This document shows positions 60,666 through 64,000 of a stretch of 64,000 nucleotides of DNA, piece by piece. Origin of the DNA: Acidimicrobiales bacterium (GTDB taxonomy: Bacteria; Actinomycetota; Acidimicrobiia; Acidimicrobiales; RAAP-2); NCBI GenBank assembly GCA_036722795.1, contig DAIMIK010000001.1, positions 13 through 64,012 of the forward strand, given 5' to 3'. A program made the position numbers and the translations under genes. How positions within the stretch are numbered: the stretch's first letter is position 1; each line of letters begins with the position of its first letter. The notes beneath the pieces were generated by a model. It did not search any database. It was not told where the DNA came from and was given only the letters and a program-made list of their open reading frames with translations.

Positions 60666-61868
60666 TCAGGTGGCGGCGGTGAACACCATCGGGAAATGGT
60701 CGATCGACCGGATCGACGGGGTGTAGACGAGGGTGTGGCCTTCCGCGACCTCGTACTCGGGGATCCGGCGGTGCCACTCCCGCACGGCGACGCGGAGCTC
60801 CTGGCGGGCCAGATGCGACCCGAGGCACCGGTGCACGCCCCCGCCGAAGGCCACGTGCCGGTTGACCTCGCGGTCGAACCGGACGACGTCGGCATCGGGC
60901 AGGTCGGCCTCGTCGGTGTTCACCGAGCCGAGCATGATCATCACCCCGTCACCCTTGTGCACCGGGCAGCCACCGACCTCGGTGTCCCGGACGGCGACCC
61001 GGGCCACACCCATGACCGGCGTCTCCCACCGGAGCAGCTCTTCGATGGCGGCCGGGATGATCGAAGGGTCCTCTGCGATCAACCTCCGCTGATCGGGATG
61101 GGTGGCGAGGTAGCCGAAGATGCAGTCGAGCGTGGCGGTGACGGTGTCGAGCCCGGCGATCAGGAAGAGGAAGCAGATGTCGAGGATGTCCTCGCGAGAG
61201 AGCTCCTGGCCGTCCACGGTGGCGTCGAGGAACCGGCTGAGCAGGTCGTCCTGTCGCTGCTCCTCCCTCTGGTCGAGCACCACGTTGAAGTAGTCGTAGA
61301 TGGAGTCGGCCGTTTTCTTCTGGTACTCCTGCATCGCCTCGCTGCCGTAGGGCTCGCCGATGACGATGTGGGGCCGGATGATCCCGTCCTTCATGGCCAG
61401 AAAGCGCGGCAGCTCCTCGAGCGGGAGCCCGAGGAGGCTCAGGAAGACCCGGGTCGGGAACGGCACGGAGAACTCCTTGGAGAAGTCGACTGCGCCGTCG
61501 TCGATGAAGCGGTCGATCAGCTCATTGACCGCCCGGGTGAGGGGCTCCTCGAGGTGGGCCACCTCGCGGGGGGCGAAGATGGGATCGAGCAGCTTCCGGA
61601 ACTTCTTGTGCTCCGGCGGGTCGATCTGCAGCGGGATCAGCGGCCGGATGTTCTTCAGGTCCACCGCGTCCGTGTTCGACGAGAAGATCTCGGGATGGCG
61701 CAGGACCTCGTCGACGTCCAGCTTGCGGGTGAGGACCACACCCATGCCCTCGACCGGCATGACCGGCACGGTGTCCCGCAGCACCTTGAACATGGGCTGC
61801 GGGTTGGCCGCCATTTCGGGGTCCATCGCCGCGAACGGGTCGTCGTCGCGTGCCGGCGGATTGTCCAT
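60666..61868 (-). CDS. Cytochrome P450
   Basis: ATG at 61868 follows GAGGAG, within ORF 60666..61904. Motifs include FLIAGLDTV, EELLRW and the heme loop FGGGVHRCLGSHLAR. Confidence 0.9.
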   Translation of the reverse strand: MDNPPARDDDPFAAMDPEMAANPQPMFKVLRDTVPVMPVEGMGVVLTRKLDVDEVLRHPEIFSSNTDAVDLKNIRPLIPLQIDPPEHKKFRKLLDPIFAPREVAHLEEPLTRAVNELIDRFIDDGAVDFSKEFSVPFPTRVFLSLLGLPLEELPRFLAMKDGIIRPHIVIGEPYGSEAMQEYQKKTADSIYDYFNVVLDQREEQRQDDLLSRFLDATVDGQELSREDILDICFLFLIAGLDTVTATLDCIFGYLATHPDQRRLIAEDPSIIPAAIEELLRWETPVMGVARVAVRDTEVGGCPVHKGDGVMIMLGSVNTDEADLPDADVVRFDREVNRHVAFGGGVHRCLGSHLARQELRVAVREWHRRIPEYEVAEGHTLVYTPSIRSIDHFPMVFTAAT

Positions 61869-61979
61869 GTGTGCTCCTCGATGGCGTGAATCGATCATTC
61901 TCATGTTGGCACATACGCCGTTATCGGCGGACTCAACATTGAATCGGGTCCCGGCGCCCGACCGGCCCGTCGGCCACGG

Positions 61980-63002
61980 TCAGGACAGCCGGCCCCGGAG
62001 CAGGTCGAGAATCGGGTTGTCGTCGATCGGCAGAAGCAGGGGCCGGCCGGCGTCCCGCTGCAGGTAACCCAGGCGGGTCATCACCGCCGTGCTCCGGACC
62101 ATGGCCAGCGTCTCGTACCAGGCGAGGTGCTCGACCGGGCGGCCGCAGTGGCCCTCGAACAGGGCGATGGTCTCGGCCCTGTCGGGAAACCCGGCGGTCC
62201 GCTCGCCGAACAGGTGGCCCATGGTGAGGTCGAGGCCGGTGAACCAGGCCAGGTCGTGCTCGGGTGCCCCAATGGAGGTCATGTCCCAGTCGAGCACGGC
62301 CCGGACCCGGAGGTCGTCGCCGATCACCGCGTTCTCGAGCCGGGCGTCCCCCCACAGCAGGGCCGGCTCCGGCTCGGCGGCCGGCCGGTGGTCGCGGCAC
62401 CACCCGAGGGCGTCGACCAGGGTGGCCACGGGCGACCCGCCGCTCGACCATGTCAGATAGGCGTCCCAGTGGTCGAGCTCGGCCCCGTTGTCGCGACGAG
62501 GGATGGCGGAGTCGAGGGGGACGTCGGACCGGTGGATCCGGGAGAGCACGGCGACGAAGTCGCGGTAGAGGGCACCCCGGGCCGAGTCGTCCAGGGTGAG
62601 CAGCCACCGGTCCCGATGGGTGACCCCGCCCACCAGGTGGCCCTCCACCCGGGGCATCAAGAGGAACGGGGTGCCGATCCACCCTGTTCCGGGCTCGAGC
62701 ACGGGGTCGGCGACGGGCACCCCGGCGGCGACGGCGGCCTGCTGGGCCTGCCACTGCACGGTCAGGTCGTAGTGCGGGAACGTGCCGTCCCCCGGGGGCG
62801 CCATGCGGAGCACGAGCGCCCGCTCGTGCCGGGCACCGTCGGACGTCCATGCCGCGTCGAAGAAGACCGTGTCGCTCGAGAAGCCCGCGGACGGGCGTTG
62901 GAACCCCGTCAGTTCCACCCCGGGAAGGTCGTGGTGGTGAGCGAACCATCGGGTGAGCCCGGCGGCCAGTGTCGCATCGTCTCGTCCGGAGCCGTCGGTC
63001 AT
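61980..63002 (-). CDS. Phosphotransferase (APH/choline-kinase-like) family protein
   Basis: Motifs include LLWGDARLENAV and LDWDMTSIGAPEHDLAW (Brenner/APH-type catalytic and DxD-like motifs). Confidence 0.75.
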   Translation of the reverse strand: MTDGSGRDDATLAAGLTRWFAHHHDLPGVELTGFQRPSAGFSSDTVFFDAAWTSDGARHERALVLRMAPPGDGTFPHYDLTVQWQAQQAAVAAGVPVADPVLEPGTGWIGTPFLLMPRVEGHLVGGVTHRDRWLLTLDDSARGALYRDFVAVLSRIHRSDVPLDSAIPRRDNGAELDHWDAYLTWSSGGSPVATLVDALGWCRDHRPAAEPEPALLWGDARLENAVIGDDLRVRAVLDWDMTSIGAPEHDLAWFTGLDLTMGHLFGERTAGFPDRAETIALFEGHCGRPVEHLAWYETLAMVRSTAVMTRLGYLQRDAGRPLLLPIDDNPILDLLRGRLS

Positions 63003-63339
63003 GGGTCTCCCTCACTGTGCCCGGGCGTCCGCTGCCGGTCGGCCCGCACCCGGACCGGATCATCGCGCCGGTGCCACGGCGGCGTCGATCCGCGGGTGGC
63101 GGCGTCGGCACCTGGCGCCGGTCCCCACCGTTGGGGGAGGCATCGAGAGTTGCCCTATGGTGGCACCGGTCGCTCCGGAGGGGTCCGGAGTGCCAACGGA
63201 CCATCGGCGACGGAGGAGGGACCGTGCGAGGACGGGTGGTCGTGTGCGGCCGTGCTGGCCGGATCCCTCGGTGCCGACCCGTCCGCCGGGGACTGCCCGG
63301 GGCACCCGCCGCCGGGCGACGGGGGTGGTCGGGGTGCCC

Positions 63340-64000
63340 GTGAGGCTCCGGGCCTCGTACCGCCAACGCGGGTCCGCGCAGTACCGGCTGCCGGGGGGTG
63401 CCTGGGATGTCCCGACACTGGACCGGCTGCTGTCCACTCCGCGGTCACCCGGTGCCCTGGCGGTGGTGGACGGGGATGTCCGGATCGATACCGGCACGCT
63501 CGATCGCCTGGCGGCGTCGGTGGCCGGTGGGCTGCGGGCGCTCGGCGTCCGACATCGCGACGTGGTGGCCTGGCAGCTCCCCAACTGGTGGGAGGCGCTG
63601 GTTCTCTTCCATGCGTGCTGGCGTTGTGGGGCGGTCGCGGCGCCGATCCACCATCAGGTTGGAGCGTCGGAAGTGGAGCGGATGCTGACGGATCTGGAGC
63701 CGGAGGTGGCCCTGAGCGCCGGCGGCCTGCCCCTGGCCGACGTCGTGGACGCCATCGGCGTGCGCAGCGGTGACCCCCGGTTCGAGGCCCTGCTCGGCGG
63801 CCGACCCGTACCTGCCGGCCACCCCCGGGGGTCCGACCTGGCGGTCGTGCTCTTCACCTCGGGCTCGACCGGGTACCCGAAGGCGGTGCTCCACTCCCAC
63901 CGGGGCCTGGCCTACAAGGCCCACAGCATGGCCGCCGCCCACGGGCTGGGCGATGGGGACGTGGCCCTGATGCCGTCGCCGCTGGCCCATGTGTCCGGCC
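63340..64000 (+). CDS. AMP-dependent acyl-CoA synthetase (3' end lies outside the window)
   Basis: This frame-1 ORF runs off the window end and is absent from the ORF track. It contains VLFTSGSTGYPKAV. The start is uncertain (GTG at 63325, 63334 or 63340). Confidence 0.7.
   Translation, partial: MRLRASYRQRGSAQYRLPGGAWDVPTLDRLLSTPRSPGALAVVDGDVRIDTGTLDRLAASVAGGLRALGVRHRDVVAWQLPNWWEALVLFHACWRCGAVAAPIHHQVGASEVERMLTDLEPEVALSAGGLPLADVVDAIGVRSGDPRFEALLGGRPVPAGHPRGSDLAVVLFTSGSTGYPKAVLHSHRGLAYKAHSMAAAHGLGDGDVALMPSPLAHVSG

Noticed and set aside
1-64000. A search for tRNA, rRNA, CRISPR repeats, transposases, integrases, toxin-antitoxin systems and defence-system genes.
   Set aside because: None were recognised. 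The intergenic spaces are short, and every large ORF has a metabolic or envelope family signature.

Overview
Very GC-rich, gene-dense, actinobacterial-type chromosomal segment. I call about 55 protein genes. I found no rRNA, tRNA, CRISPR array, transposase or integrase. Coordinates 1-9.6 kb hold envelope and redox genes: a secreted Thr/Gly-rich repeat protein, an HlyD-type adaptor, a CDGSH Fe-S protein, a SnoaL-like protein and a histidine phosphatase. This part also holds a MurL-like PP-loop protein coupled to a MurD-type ligase, a thioredoxin-fold protein with a CGC motif, a ferritin-like protein and a small ferredoxin. From 9.6 kb to the window end lies one large CoA-thioester (lipid, steroid or isoprenoid-like) catabolic island. 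It contains 7 acyl-CoA dehydrogenases (two apparent alpha/beta pairs), 5 AMP-forming acyl-CoA synthetases, 5 crotonase-fold proteins and a MaoC dehydratase. It also has 2 thiolases, 3 SDRs, 2 aldehyde dehydrogenases, 2 P450s, 4 family III CoA-transferase-like proteins and a fused class I CoA-transferase. The rest are TesB and PaaI thioesterases, amidohydrolases, an LLM oxidoreductase, a VOC protein, a TetR regulator and an APH-like kinase. The most unusual points are listed here. (1) An HMG-CoA-synthase-like protein lacks the nucleophile Cys, is fused to a DUF35 Zn-ribbon/OB domain and is coupled to an intact SCP-x type thiolase. (2) A divergent pair, one crotonase-like and one CaiB-like, has family segments in permuted order, and sits next to a multiply frameshifted amidohydrolase pseudogene. 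(3) The hydantoinase A and B partner genes lie about 8 kb apart and are both disrupted, one by an in-frame TAG and one by a -1 frameshift in a C6 run. (4) There is a candidate MurD2/MurL pair. (5) Several non-coding motifs stand out: a promoter-like 29-nt motif present twice, tandem 20-nt repeats at a promoter, a (CCCG)3 hairpin, a 33-bp perfect palindrome, and divergent genes with overlapping -10 boxes and leaderless geometry. All functional calls come from motif reading by eye; no database search was run.
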